Shown in pieces: positions 1-10,002 of a stretch of 64,000 nt of DNA (its first letter is position 1; each line of letters starts with the position of its first letter). The DNA comes from Catajapyx aquilonaris. Its lineage: Eukaryota. The notes under the pieces are model-generated. The model did not search any database. It saw nothing but the letters and a program-made list of their open reading frames with translations, and had not been told where the DNA came from. The stretch is from NCBI GenBank assembly GCA_000934665.2, contig KZ538565.1, forward strand, positions 1-64,000. Reading direction: 5' to 3'. The translations under genes were made by a program, and so were the position numbers.

Positions 1-689
1 CCCCCAAACCCCAACCCTCCAGACCAAGATGGCCGCGGGGCCAAACCACACTTCGCCACCGACGACTATTGCACCACACCTCACTCAATTTACGAATAAA
101 TGAGGCTGAAATTATTTAATAATTTTGGAACAGGCAGGAACAATTTTCCGGCTGGAAAAGAGCCAGAAAAGTAGAGAGAGAAAATCCAGAATCGGGCAGA
201 AAAGTTGTGGATATGCTTTATGGGTATGGGGCACATGATAAAGTGAGGGAAGGCGTATGAAATTTGCATGTCACGAGTCACGTAATGTATCTAGAGTTTC
301 CCTTTCCCTTTTGGTTGGTTGGAAGTTTCCTGCCAGTTAGAACATGCCTTCTCTGTAATGCTTTATGCATAAGGCCTTTTACTGTTTACATGCTGCTTGT
401 GCTGTCTTCTAACTTACAAGGACATAAATATAGTATATCCACTCCAGGTGGGAGGAGAGGGGAATAACGTAACACCTACTTTGACCTGGCAAACTATATG
501 AAGGAAGTTGAGGTGAACTATGGCATGTGGACTATAAGAGGTCACTGTTTCATTTTAATCGTTTTAAGTTCTTATTGTAACAGTATTATTTGTTTAATTA
601 TTTTGTCTAATTAAATGTGTTGTTACCGTATTTGAAATAAATTTAGTGTTTTAAAATATTGTAATATTTGCAATAATATTGTACTATTT

Positions 690-980
690 AAAAATTGTAG
701 TCCAGTATTTGCAATAATATTGGACTAATTTGTACTTATTTAATTATTAATTCATTATAATTGTAGTCCAGTATTTGCAATAATATTGGACTAATTTGTA
801 CTTATTTAATTATTAATTTATTATCATTGTACTAATTTGTACTTATTTAATTATTAATTTATTATCATTGTACTAATTTGTACTTATTTTATTATTAATT
901 TATTATAATTGTACTAATTTGTACTTATTTTATTATTAATTTATTATAATTGTACTAATTTGTACTTATTTAATTATTTT
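690..980. repeat. AT-rich minisatellite, ~41-bp unit
   Basis: Unit TTGTACTAATTTGTACTTATTTAATTATTAATTTATTATAA repeated about 6 times (ACTTATTT at 841 and 882). Confidence 0.85.
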
Positions 981-1552
981 AAGAACTTATTAGTGCTTAA
1001 AATGCGTCATTTAAAATAGTACGCTACAAATGTAAAATGCAATAAAATAATTCAATAAATTAAAATGATTAAAATAGACATTTTAATTTTAATTTCTTAA
1101 TTTTAATCAGTTTAATTTATTAAATTATTTTATTACATTTTACTTTGTAACAACTTTGATAATTTTTCGCTGATTTACATTAATATTAATTTGATTCATT
1201 TCAACGGTTATAAAATAATTTCATAAAATTTACTTCTATTAATTTTTACGCTTGATACTGATTCAATTTAATGGTAAATTAATTATCTAAACGTTAATAT
1301 TTAATTCGATATAGCTGTAGAAGTCCAGGCGGAACTTATCGCACTTCTGTAGCCAATTAGAGTGATCCAATATAATTGCTCGATTCTATTTAAATATTTA
1401 CACCAAACTGTTTATTTCAAGCAACCACTTTTAGTGGCTATCAACAGTATTAGCTTCTAATATTAGGTTCGACGTTTAATCCTCTCAGGTACTGAATTCC
1501 CATAGTACGTCTGACTCAGCGGTATCAGTTTGTGTGGAACGGCTATTTTAGA

Positions 1553-1707
1553 CAGTGTTTCAAGTTCGTGGGTGACTTCTTGATGCCTGATATCGCCCGA
1601 TAGTAGTTATTTTTTGTAGCTTGTTATGCCCCTAACTCGCTACAAAAAATAACTGCTATCGGGGCGATATCAGTTATCAAAAAATGACCCACGAACTTGG
1701 AATATTG
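1553..1707. mobile_element. Palindromic Tc1/mariner-like MITE, family A (decayed copy)
   Basis: Arms AAGTTCGTGGGT..TGATATCGCCCGATAG..TTTTTGTAGC and GCTACAAAAAATAACTGCTATCGGGGCGATATCA..ACCCACGAACTT. Same family as 7005-7152, 54641-54807 and 55898-56149. Confidence 0.7.
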
Positions 1708-2005
1708 GCTGAAAATTTTTGTAGGAACCGAATATTTTCAGCTAATATTTTAACTTCTAAAATAGCTGTTCCACAATAACTACTGAATAATTGAACACAA
1801 TTTTATGAAATAATATAATCAACATTTCCGCATGGTCTGTTCAAACGTGCGCTTTCGGTAGAATGAGTTCGTGCGCTGTCCACCGTGTGGCGCGAGCTCC
1901 TCATAATGAGCGACCGAAAGTGCGTCACGGATGGCAAGGCCTCTCTTCCTTCTCCCCTGCCACGCCAAGTGAGGCCAGACCGAAAGTGAGCGGCGTAGAG
2001 GAAGG

Positions 2006-2177
2006 ATGTTCGACACGGAGCGTCTGATCTCGGAGGTACAGGAGCGTGTCTGTCTGTGGAACACCACGGATGGGAGGTACAAAGACAGGGAGGAGAGGAG
2101 GAGAGCCTGGCACCAGGTGGCTCATATCCTCTTCCCGGAGTGGGACACACTGTCAGACCTACAGAAAGAGGAGAAGG
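2006..2177 (+). CDS. MADF-BESS domain transcription-factor-like protein, exon 1 (N-terminal part of MADF domain)
   Basis: MFDTERLISEVQERVCLWNTTDGRYKDREERRRAWHQVA matches the MADF pattern (LI..V...P.LW......YKD......AW..VA). Phase-1 donor AAGG|GTGAGG at 2177/2178. Confidence 0.9.
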
Positions 2178-2507
2178 GTGAGGAAATAATCTTTCTGTTT
2201 ATATACGGACTAAAAATGGCGTCTGTATAGCGAATGATTATTCGGAGCGAAAATGGCCGACCCCATTGGTGCCAACCTTTCGAATAGATATATTTCAGAA
2301 TTATTTATGCGGTAATAATTATGCGCCTCTGTCCACGGTGAGTCATCAGTAGTATTCAGATGGGAATGACGCGCCATCTATGTGAGGCAAAGTCCTACGT
2401 TCACAGTCAGGGATGACGGGGAAATCGCAATGTTGCCAAGTTGGGCAAGGGGATTACCCGGAGTGCATATAGGCAAATCATAGATGGTCTCCGCAACCGG
2501 CTCATAG

Positions 2508-2575
2508 CGTTTGTGTATCCGCTGAAGATAGGGCTGTATCCGCGAGGAAGGAAGGTTAGGTTAGGTGCGGGGACA
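2508..2575 (-). mobile_element. Intronic fragment of the CAGCGGATAC/CCTAACC repeat family (R1)
   Basis: GTGTATCCGCTGAAGATAGGGCTGTATCCGCG..GGTTAGGTTAGG matches 8580-8640 and the reverse complement of 15295-15360. Confidence 0.65.
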
Positions 2576-2689
2576 CCCTACTATTTGCTTATATGCACCT
2601 GGGGTTACCTATCGTATATCAGAATACCAGTACCGGTAAAGTTTTTAAAATTATTTTAGTACATGATTCCATTGAATTCAATGTTATTT

Positions 2690-2860
2690 TATCATTGTCA
2701 TTATATTAGTTATTATGTATCATTGCCAATATGATAGTTATTTTATCATTGCCAATATAATAGTTATTTTATCATTACCAATATAATAGTTATTTTATCA
2801 TTGCCAATATAATAGTTATTATGTATCATTGCCAATATAATATATTAGTTATTATGTTTT
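2690..2860. repeat. Intronic 26-28-bp AT-rich minisatellite
   Basis: ATAGTTATTTTATCATTGCCAATATA about 5-6 times. Confidence 0.85.
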
Positions 2861-3033
2861 TCCTAACACTGACCTACAATGTTGGTAAGGTTGACCATGT
2901 CTGACTAGGTCACCATTTTTGGTCCCAGTAAACAAGCGATATGGGGACGCCATTTTCGATCCGCCTTATTCCACATGCTTTTAGCACGTTACACTCATTA
3001 CTTCAGATAGGTAACATTACTATCAAATTGCAG

Positions 3034-3581
3034 TAGACAAGATCCATCGTAAGTGGAAATCCATAAGGGATTACCACGTCCGAGAGCGACGACAACAGCG
3101 AGAAAAACCAGGCGGGTCAAGTTCCAAAAAGAAGAAGTACATGTATGAGGACATGCTGACCTTCCTGGACGTGCTGGAGCAACAGCAACTAGGCATACTA
3201 ACCGGTAGTGGATCTGAGGTCATCGCATTTTCTGAAGGATCTGAAGCCTCAGCAGGAGGTCACTCCTGGCTGGATCAAGACATAGATCATCATAGAGAGA
3301 GGAGCAGCACCAGACCAGCTCCTGTTAGTAGATCAATCTCAGGTGGTAGATCGGACATGTCGAAACGTGAACCAAAGAAGAAGATGAACCAGTTCAAAGC
3401 CCAGTTGCTCCAGATCCTGGCAGAACCCAGGGATACAAAGAGTGAGGACGACGTTGACACCGACAAGGCGTTTCTATTGTCGTTGTTACCAAGCCTCAAA
3501 CGAGTACCTGAACACCACAAGATAGACTGCCAGATCGAAATGATGAGCGCGTTACGTCGGTACCAGCCTCAAAACCAATAA
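3034..3581 (+). CDS. MADF-BESS domain protein, exon 2 (end of MADF, linker, C-terminal BESS motif)
   Basis: Acceptor TTGCAG| at 3033. Splicing to 2177 keeps frame (G+TA=Val) and gives VDKIHRKWKSIRDYHVRE (MADF KW..IRD motif), then KKKKYMYEDMLTFL, in frame with ORF 3141..3581. C-terminal DTDKAFLLSLLPSLKRVPEHHKIDCQIEMMSAL is BESS-like. Spliced CDS is 720 nt, 239 aa. Confidence 0.9.
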
Positions 3582-3583
3582 GT

Positions 3584-4185
3584 TTGGACTCAAAATGGCT
3601 TCCTGTTGGAGTGAAGAATCAATTTTGAATGCAAGTGTAACCTTTATCCTTATATAACTGGTTTTACTTGGATTCAAGATGGCTTCCTACTGTACTGAAG
3701 TGAATAAAAGTTGCACTTGGACTCAAAATGGCTTCTTTTTGACGTTAATGAATAATGGTTACTTGGTTTCAAAGTGGCTCCTTACTGGTCAGAAGTGTAA
3801 AGGTTACACTTGGACTCAAAATGACTTCCTACTGGATTGAAATTGATAAAAGTTATTAGTTGGATGCAAAATGGTTTCTTATCCCTGTACTTTTCCATGA
3901 ACGAATAAAGGTTACTTGGATTCAAAATGGCCACTTACCTGCCCGAAATGAACAAATAAAAGTTACATTTGGATTCAAAATGGCTTTTTACTGTACACAA
4001 GAGAATAAATCCTGCGCTTAGTCTCAAAATGGCTTCCTACTAATTTGACGTAACCGAATAACGGTAACTTGGATTCAAAATGGCGTCTTCCCTGACCGAC
4101 AGCAACAAACAAAAGTTGCATTTGGTTTCAAAATGGCTTCTTACTGCACTTAAAGTGAAAGGTAACCCCTGGATTCAAAATGGGG
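3584..4185 (+). repeat. 12-unit, ~50-bp array with conserved TTGGATTCAAAATGGC core and divergent spacers, in the 3' UTR/3' flank
   Basis: Cores at 3584, 3668, 3717, 3763, 3810, 3860, 3916, 3969, 4018, 4069, 4122 and 4169. Several spacers contain AATAAA. Confidence 0.9.
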
Positions 4186-4869
4186 GCATTTTTTTGTTGT
4201 CTTTGAATACCGACAGGTTCTAATTAAATCTGGCAGCACTGTTGGGGGGCATGACAAGTTGAGCAATGGCGTCGTCCCACGCGACTTATGAATTCCTCTT
4301 GAGCTTTTTGGGTCCCACGCTCTGAAATTCTGGCGGGTGTCCAGAGCTGGCGGCGGCTTTCAGCTTTACAGCCCACCCGCTAATTGAGCTGAAAATTAGC
4401 TGCCTGCTAACTCACTACACTTCAAAAATGCAAGCTCAGCAGCGCCATTTTTTGTCCGGAAGTGACGTCAACAAAATTGGAAGCTCAAAGCGGACAGAAA
4501 TGTAGGTTAAAATACGCCAGCTTTATTTTTAAACAGTTTAGTACATTTAAAAATTAAATTAAATTAATATTTAAGTAACAGCACCAGCACAATTCCCCCG
4601 TCCCTCCAGGCCGTTTCTGTTACAAACCTAACACGTGTCTCGGGACCTGTTCCGCCATTAATGAGCATGTCATTAAGAACCTACCGCCATTAGGAGGCAA
4701 GTCATAATCCTCGCGTTTTGCTAGCAGATGGCGTGGCCCTCATCGCTCAACAAAGGGTTAGTGTTGCAACTATGCAACTCCTAAGAGTCGGATCACGACC
4801 AAGCAAATGATCAAGTCATGCCCTCAAGTTCGTTGCCACCTTACAAAAACACGCTTCGTGCGAGGACTG

Positions 4870-5970
4870 CCGAAATAGCGATGACGCTTACCTTGATTTA
4901 TATTAATTTTTTTAAATTTTAATAATTAAGAAATGCACTGGCGACAAATGTCTCGCTACGCTTTTTGGCAGCGAGCGTGGAATCGAACGAGAGTGGCGAG
5001 GTCGCGTCTTGTGGGCGTGAGCGTTCGTTGTCACCTGACAAAATAGCGATAAAGGTAACCTTGATTTAAATTAGTTCAGTTTAAAAATTAATAATATAAG
5101 TATTAACAAATACACTTGCGAGAAACACCACGTCCCGCTTTTTGGCAGCGAGTCTCGACAGCGTGCTAAGGTTGGGAGCGTGAGCAGACGCTAGAACGGG
5201 AGGGTGAACCCGGATGTGACGGAACCCTTTAATTATATTTATATTTAAGTTATGATGTCAATAATATCCTACATGCCTTCTCGGCATGCTTTTTCTCAGC
5301 AAGTCTCTATAGCGTGGGTGGAAAATATCTTGGCAAGAGGTCACTTCTTGCAAGGTTGGGAGCGGAAGCGTGAACCGGATGTGACAGAAATCTTGATTTA
5401 TATTTTAATACTAATAATTTTAAAATGACTTCGCGCCATGCTTTTTGTCAGCGAGTATTTATAGCGTGAGTCGGGAGCGTGGCGAGAAGTCGCTTCTAGT
5501 AAGGTCCCAGCGTGAACGAGAGCGTGAACCGGATGTGACCGAAATTTTGATTTATATATATGATTTGGTTTTAATATCATTAATAAAGAAATGCCTTCTC
5601 GCCACGCTTTTTGTCAGCGAGCGTTGGTGGGAAAGAGTGTGACGAGAAGTCGCTTCTTTCTAGCAAGTTTGGGAGCGTGGGTGTGAGCAAAAGCGAGAGC
5701 GGGAGCGTGAACCGGATGGATCTAAATTTTAATTTATATTAACTTATTATTTGATTTTAATTTTATTCGTTAAGGAAATTAATATTAATTTATTGTTTTA
5801 TTTTAATATTATTAGTGAAAAAATGCATTCTCGCCACGCTTTTTGTCAGCGAATCTCTATAGCGTGGGTGGGAAAGAGCGTGGCGGGGAGTCTCTTTTCG
5901 CAAGGTTGGGAGCGTGGGCGTGGGCGAGATCAGGAGCAGGAACGTGAGCGTGAACCGGGTGTGACCTAAA
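4870..5970. repeat. Degenerate tandem array, 150-230-bp units (GC-rich core plus AT-rich linker)
   Basis: CTTTTT(G/C)(G/T)CAGC anchor at 4961, 5138, 5289, 5441, 5607 and 5839. Recurrent GCGTGAACCGGATGTGAC. Confidence 0.85.
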
Positions 5971-6067
5971 GTCGCTTTAGACCACTTTAGACAATGAGAT
6001 GGTATTACAGGCAGTATTTTATATAAAACTACATGTTGGAAGAAGCTATAGAGTTGTAGCCTAGCTA

Positions 6068-6273
6068 CTATAACACGCGAAAAGATTGTCTCACTCTATT
6101 CGTGTGGTGTCCGCGACTTTTCGTTTACCCTCGTGCCGCAAGGGTCGTTGCCGGATAAGTGTTATTGGGGGTGATTAGGCCCTCACCCAGCAACGACCCT
6201 TGCGGCACGAGGGTAAACGAAAAGTCGCGGACACCACACGAATAGAGTGCGACAATCTTTTTGCGTGTTATAG
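6068..6273. mobile_element. Near-perfect foldback MITE with TA TSD (Tc1/mariner-like)
   Basis: 84-bp arms 6068-6151 and 6190-6273 with 2 mismatches and a 38-bp loop. TA at 6066-67 and 6274-75. Confidence 0.85.
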
Positions 6274-6539
6274 TACCTGCAACCCTCAGGTGCTACCTTT
6301 GTTCTTCAGTAATCCTCCAGGGCGCGCCAAGGTTGTCAGTCGCACAAAGGCCTCTTAATTGGTCCCCATTTCTTCTGTAAATCCTAAAAACCGCCTGGAG
6401 GTAACTTACTCCACACCCTATACCCGGAGCATCTTCACTCGCTATCAACTCTAAAGGAAAGAGCGTAAGTTGCTCTAGGAAATGAACCTAATTCTGCCCA
6501 CAAAAGCGAGGGTTGTTATCAAAGTCTAGCAGCAGCCAG

Positions 6540-6810
6540 GTTGTTTACATTCCGGGCATGGCTGCCATTTTGCCTCCAGCCCACTCCATAGCACTCTCTC
6601 ATCTTGCCTTTGGGAGCTAACTAGTCTCATAGATTATTTAGTAGCCCGGTGCATGCTCTAGGATGAGGCTTTCTAGAGGATGGTGAATAAATTATGGTCA
6701 AACAAGGGCTGACTTAATATGAGAGCGGTGTTTGTGGAGTATTTCCAGGAGTGGGTTGGCTACAAAATGGCCGCCTGCGCTCAAGGGAGCCGATGTTGGA
6801 TGTAAACATG
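6540..6810. mobile_element. Old degenerate inverted-repeat element
   Basis: TGTTTACAT..GGCTGCCATTTTG..CCCACTCC..CTCTCAT is mirrored by ATGAGAG..GGAGTGGG..CAAAATGGCCGCC..ATGTAAACA. Confidence 0.45.
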
Positions 6811-6879
6811 TGGACCGAACCATTGTTGTCAAGACATTATTTCACTGGAAAACATTAGATGGAGGAGTGTCTACACCCT

Positions 6880-7355
6880 CGTTCAGTTTCCACTTATTTC
6901 AAGTGGAAATGGCTTCCACTTATATATTTATTTCCACTTATTTAGGTGGGAAAAAGTGAACAATATTTTCAACTTACTTCAAGTGGAAATGGCTTCCACT
7001 TATATAGGTGTTCCAAGTTCCCCAGGCGGTCGAATATAGCAGTATAGTTATAGAATGGGCACATGGTTAGGGGCACAGCAAGCTACAAAAATAACTGCTA
7101 TCGGGCGATATCAGTAGTTGTCAATAAGTGACCCAAATACTTGGAACACCCTATTTATATTCACTTAATTAGGTGGAAAAAGTGAACAATATTTTCCACA
7201 TACTTCAAGTGGAAATGGCTTTCACTTATATTTATCATATTCTTCTAATAATTATTATAGTTATTTAAATTCATTTGGCCTTTCCACACACACATACTCA
7301 TAAAATATCAGATTTCTAATACTTAGTCATATAAGTGGAAAAGTAAGTGGAAACG
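6880..7355. repeat. TTCCACTT/AAGTGGAA degenerate tandem repeat, interrupted by a family-A MITE
   Basis: Repeated TTCAAGTGGAAATGGCTTCCACTTATA and AGGTGGAAAAAGTGAACAATATTTTC on both sides of 7005-7152. Confidence 0.75.
7005..7152. mobile_element. Tc1/mariner-like MITE family A, internally deleted
   Basis: GGTGTTCCAAG..CTTGGAACACC termini. The body matches the right half of 55898-56149. Confidence 0.75.
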
Positions 7356-7859
7356 ACAGTGTAGTGGTGGACCTGGAGAGAGGCTATAATTATATAGGCA
7401 GTAGTTATGGGACCTATAGAGCGAGGCTAGTCTAAGGACTAGGCTATGGGTAACATATGCATTATTGGACCACCACAGACCCTCAATGACTTTTCACGGT
7501 CGAATATTGATGACCTAAGGAGGTCATTTCTCACCCAAAAAAATCATCCAAATTATTATACGAACATCTATGGCTGGATGATGACTCCCCCATAAGTAAC
7601 GAGGCGATTTGCGAATATCCCATAAGGCACTTCCACCTGAACAGCTGGTTAATTCATTGCAATCAAGGCTCCGGAAAGACCATCCCCCTCATTATGCCCC
7701 ATTTGTGCTGGGGGAGGGGGGAGGGGGACGCCTCATTTGCATACCCTCTACCATCAACCAACCCCCAGTTCTCTCAGAGTTAATTGCCCACATATGCCCC
7801 ACCTTGCAGAGAATAGGGGTAAAAATACCCCAGGCATATACAAAAGGAATGGATTAAAA

Positions 7860-8485
7860 CATTTTAAATGTATCGATATTTATACACCATCGATGTTTCG
7901 ATATCTTTAATATCTAAACATCGATATTTCGATCTTGTATGGATATCAATATTTTGATTATGCAAAATATCGATATTTTGACCATAAGTAAATATCGACA
8001 TTTAGATCGTTCAGAAATATTAATATCTTTGTGTATAATATCAATTTGTGGTCACATCAAGTGACAATATTCTTTTTGTGTATGAATGTCGGTATTTTTA
8101 TCGTATGTAAATATCGATATTTTGACTGCAATATCGACGTGTTTATCTTGCACATATATCAATATTTTGTGTAACAATTTCGATGTTTTTATCGTGTGTA
8201 AATGTCAATATTTTGACGATGGCCGGTATTTCGATCATGCATATATATCAATAGTTTCTAGCATATTAATAGCGATATTTTGAACATACGCAAATAATAT
8301 TTTGATGATTGCTCAAATAGCGATAATTTGATCATGCTGAAATATCGATATTTTGATCATACTCAAATACCGATAACTTGATCATGCTCAAATATCGATA
8401 ACTTGATCATGCTCAAATATCGATATTTTCATTGTGAATGAATGTCTTCATTCTCATCGTGTATACTGTAGTATAGATATCGACA
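7860..8485. repeat. Degenerate ATATCGAT-rich array
   Basis: AAATATCGATATTTTGAT-like units about every 27 bp. Confidence 0.75.
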
Positions 8486-8503
8486 CTTCACTCAAACATA
8501 CGT

Positions 8504-8690
8504 GGCTACGCTTTCACTCCGGGAGACCCCGCACTTTTACCTATTCTTTCCTAGGCTTGTCTCTGTTGAAAATAATAAGGCGTGTATCCGCTGAAGGATA
8601 GGGGTGTATCCGCCGGGAAGTTAGGTCTTGGGCTAGGTTTGTACAACATGTATCCCTGCCAAATTCGGTCAGCGGATATGAAAGTCCTTC
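8504..8690 (-). mobile_element. R1 family non-autonomous element, compact copy with both ends
   Basis: Ends GGCTACGCTTTCACTCCGGGAGAC and CGGATATGAAAGTCCTTC, with internal GTATCCGCTGAA repeats and a GTTAGG motif. Ends match 15258, 22075-22098, 29168-29191 and 60703. Superfamily uncertain. Confidence 0.65.
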
Positions 8691-9390
8691 CGCATACATA
8701 TTATTTCAACCATGAAAAAATATCGATATTACGATACATCAGACCTAAACATGCTCTTCGCCCTCTGGCAATGCCTCGGGTTACGAAAAAAGCCGTTTGA
8801 AAGCCTGGTGAACACACGTTGACTGATTGTGGCGGGTCCAGATCGCGGTTGCCAGGAGCAGGAAACAATATTCTCCCCGCCGAATCCCATTACGCCTGGA
8901 GGGAGGCTGGGAAAAGTGGGGAGTGGGGAGTGGGAATGGAGGGGAGTGAGGAGGGGGGAGAATTCTCCAATAGTTTGCTCCTCGCTGTGCTTCTGCTCCG
9001 GTAGTTCCCCCTCCTCTCCTTGAGGGCAACCAGCCCCATCTCATCGCATCTCATCCATCAGACTCAATTCGCCAACTTCCTCCCCGTTTCTCCCCCTTCC
9101 TCCCCCTTCCTCCTCCCTTCTCGCTCCTCGTTATGAAGGAACTTGGAAAGCTGTGTTTGCCAGCTTCCTTCTCTCTTGCAAAAAGTTGGAAGCGGAGGTT
9201 TCGGATGGTGTCACACGGTGGTGACTTTCAAGGAGGACATTTTGTATCCAAGACGCCTTGGGCTCTACCAACGTATCTAAGTCCCTCATATGTGTATAGA
9301 GGGCTGTAATGCTATCTAAATGTCAGATAATGATGATGACAATTATTGTTATTAATATTATCGATATATCGCATAAAAATCGATAATATT

Positions 9391-9588
9391 AGGGGGATGC
9401 ATGGTGATGTAGTGGCTATGCTACTGGCCGGCCAAGCGGAGGTCCGAGGTTCAAATCTCGTCCCGTCACCTTCGGTTGGTCGGGTCTTTTTCCGCTTTTC
9501 ACTTCTCAGCTTCTCTGCCCAGGGCCAAGAAAAAAGGTCTCGTATTTAAGAGGGTCTGATATGACTACTTAAATAGTCCAATAATCAC
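9391..9588 (+). mobile_element. tRNA-derived SINE, family S1 (internally deleted)
   Basis: A box TGGTGATGTAGTGG and B box GGTTCAAATC. Body shared with the copies at 11756, 13546 and 25947. Flanking AAATCGATA(A/T)TATT duplication at 9377-9390 and 9589-9602. Confidence 0.8.
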
Positions 9589-9635
9589 AAATCGATATTA
9601 TTCATCAGCGTTACAACGTAGCTGGTATTTGACAT

Positions 9636-10002
9636 AAATTCTATTTTACAGAATAAATTTTATTTTACAGAATATATTCTATTTTACAGAATAAATTTTA
9701 TTTTACAGAATATATTCTATTTTACAGAATAAATTTTATTTTACAGAATAAATTCTATTTTACAGAATAAATTTTATTTTACAGAATAAATTTTATTTTA
9801 CAGAATATATTCTATTTTACAGAATAAATTTTATTTTACAGAATAAATTTTATTTTACAGAATATATTCTATTTTACAGAACAAATTTTATTTTACAGAA
9901 TATATTCTATTTTACAGAATAAATTTTATTTTACAGAATATATTCTATTTTACAGAATAAATTTTATTTTACAGAATATATTCTATTTTACAGAATATAT
10001 TC
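9636..10002. repeat. 19-bp minisatellite
   Basis: Variants TATTTTACAGAATAAATTT and TATTTTACAGAATATATTC, about 19 copies. Confidence 0.95.

Noticed and set aside
2178..2230. Read-through C-terminus of ORF 2006..2230, and ATG 3141 as a gene start
   Set aside because: MADF similarity stops at the GT donor and resumes upstream of 3141, so both ORFs are parts of one spliced gene.
3584..4185. CRISPR array
   Set aside because: The cores are degenerate and only 16-20 bp. Spacers retain mutual similarity (ACTG..GAATAAAAGTTAC). There are no cas genes, and the context is a eukaryotic spliced gene.
1300..6000. Autonomous Harbinger transposon around the MADF gene
   Set aside because: No DDE transposase ORF and no enclosing TIR/TWA pair were found by eye.
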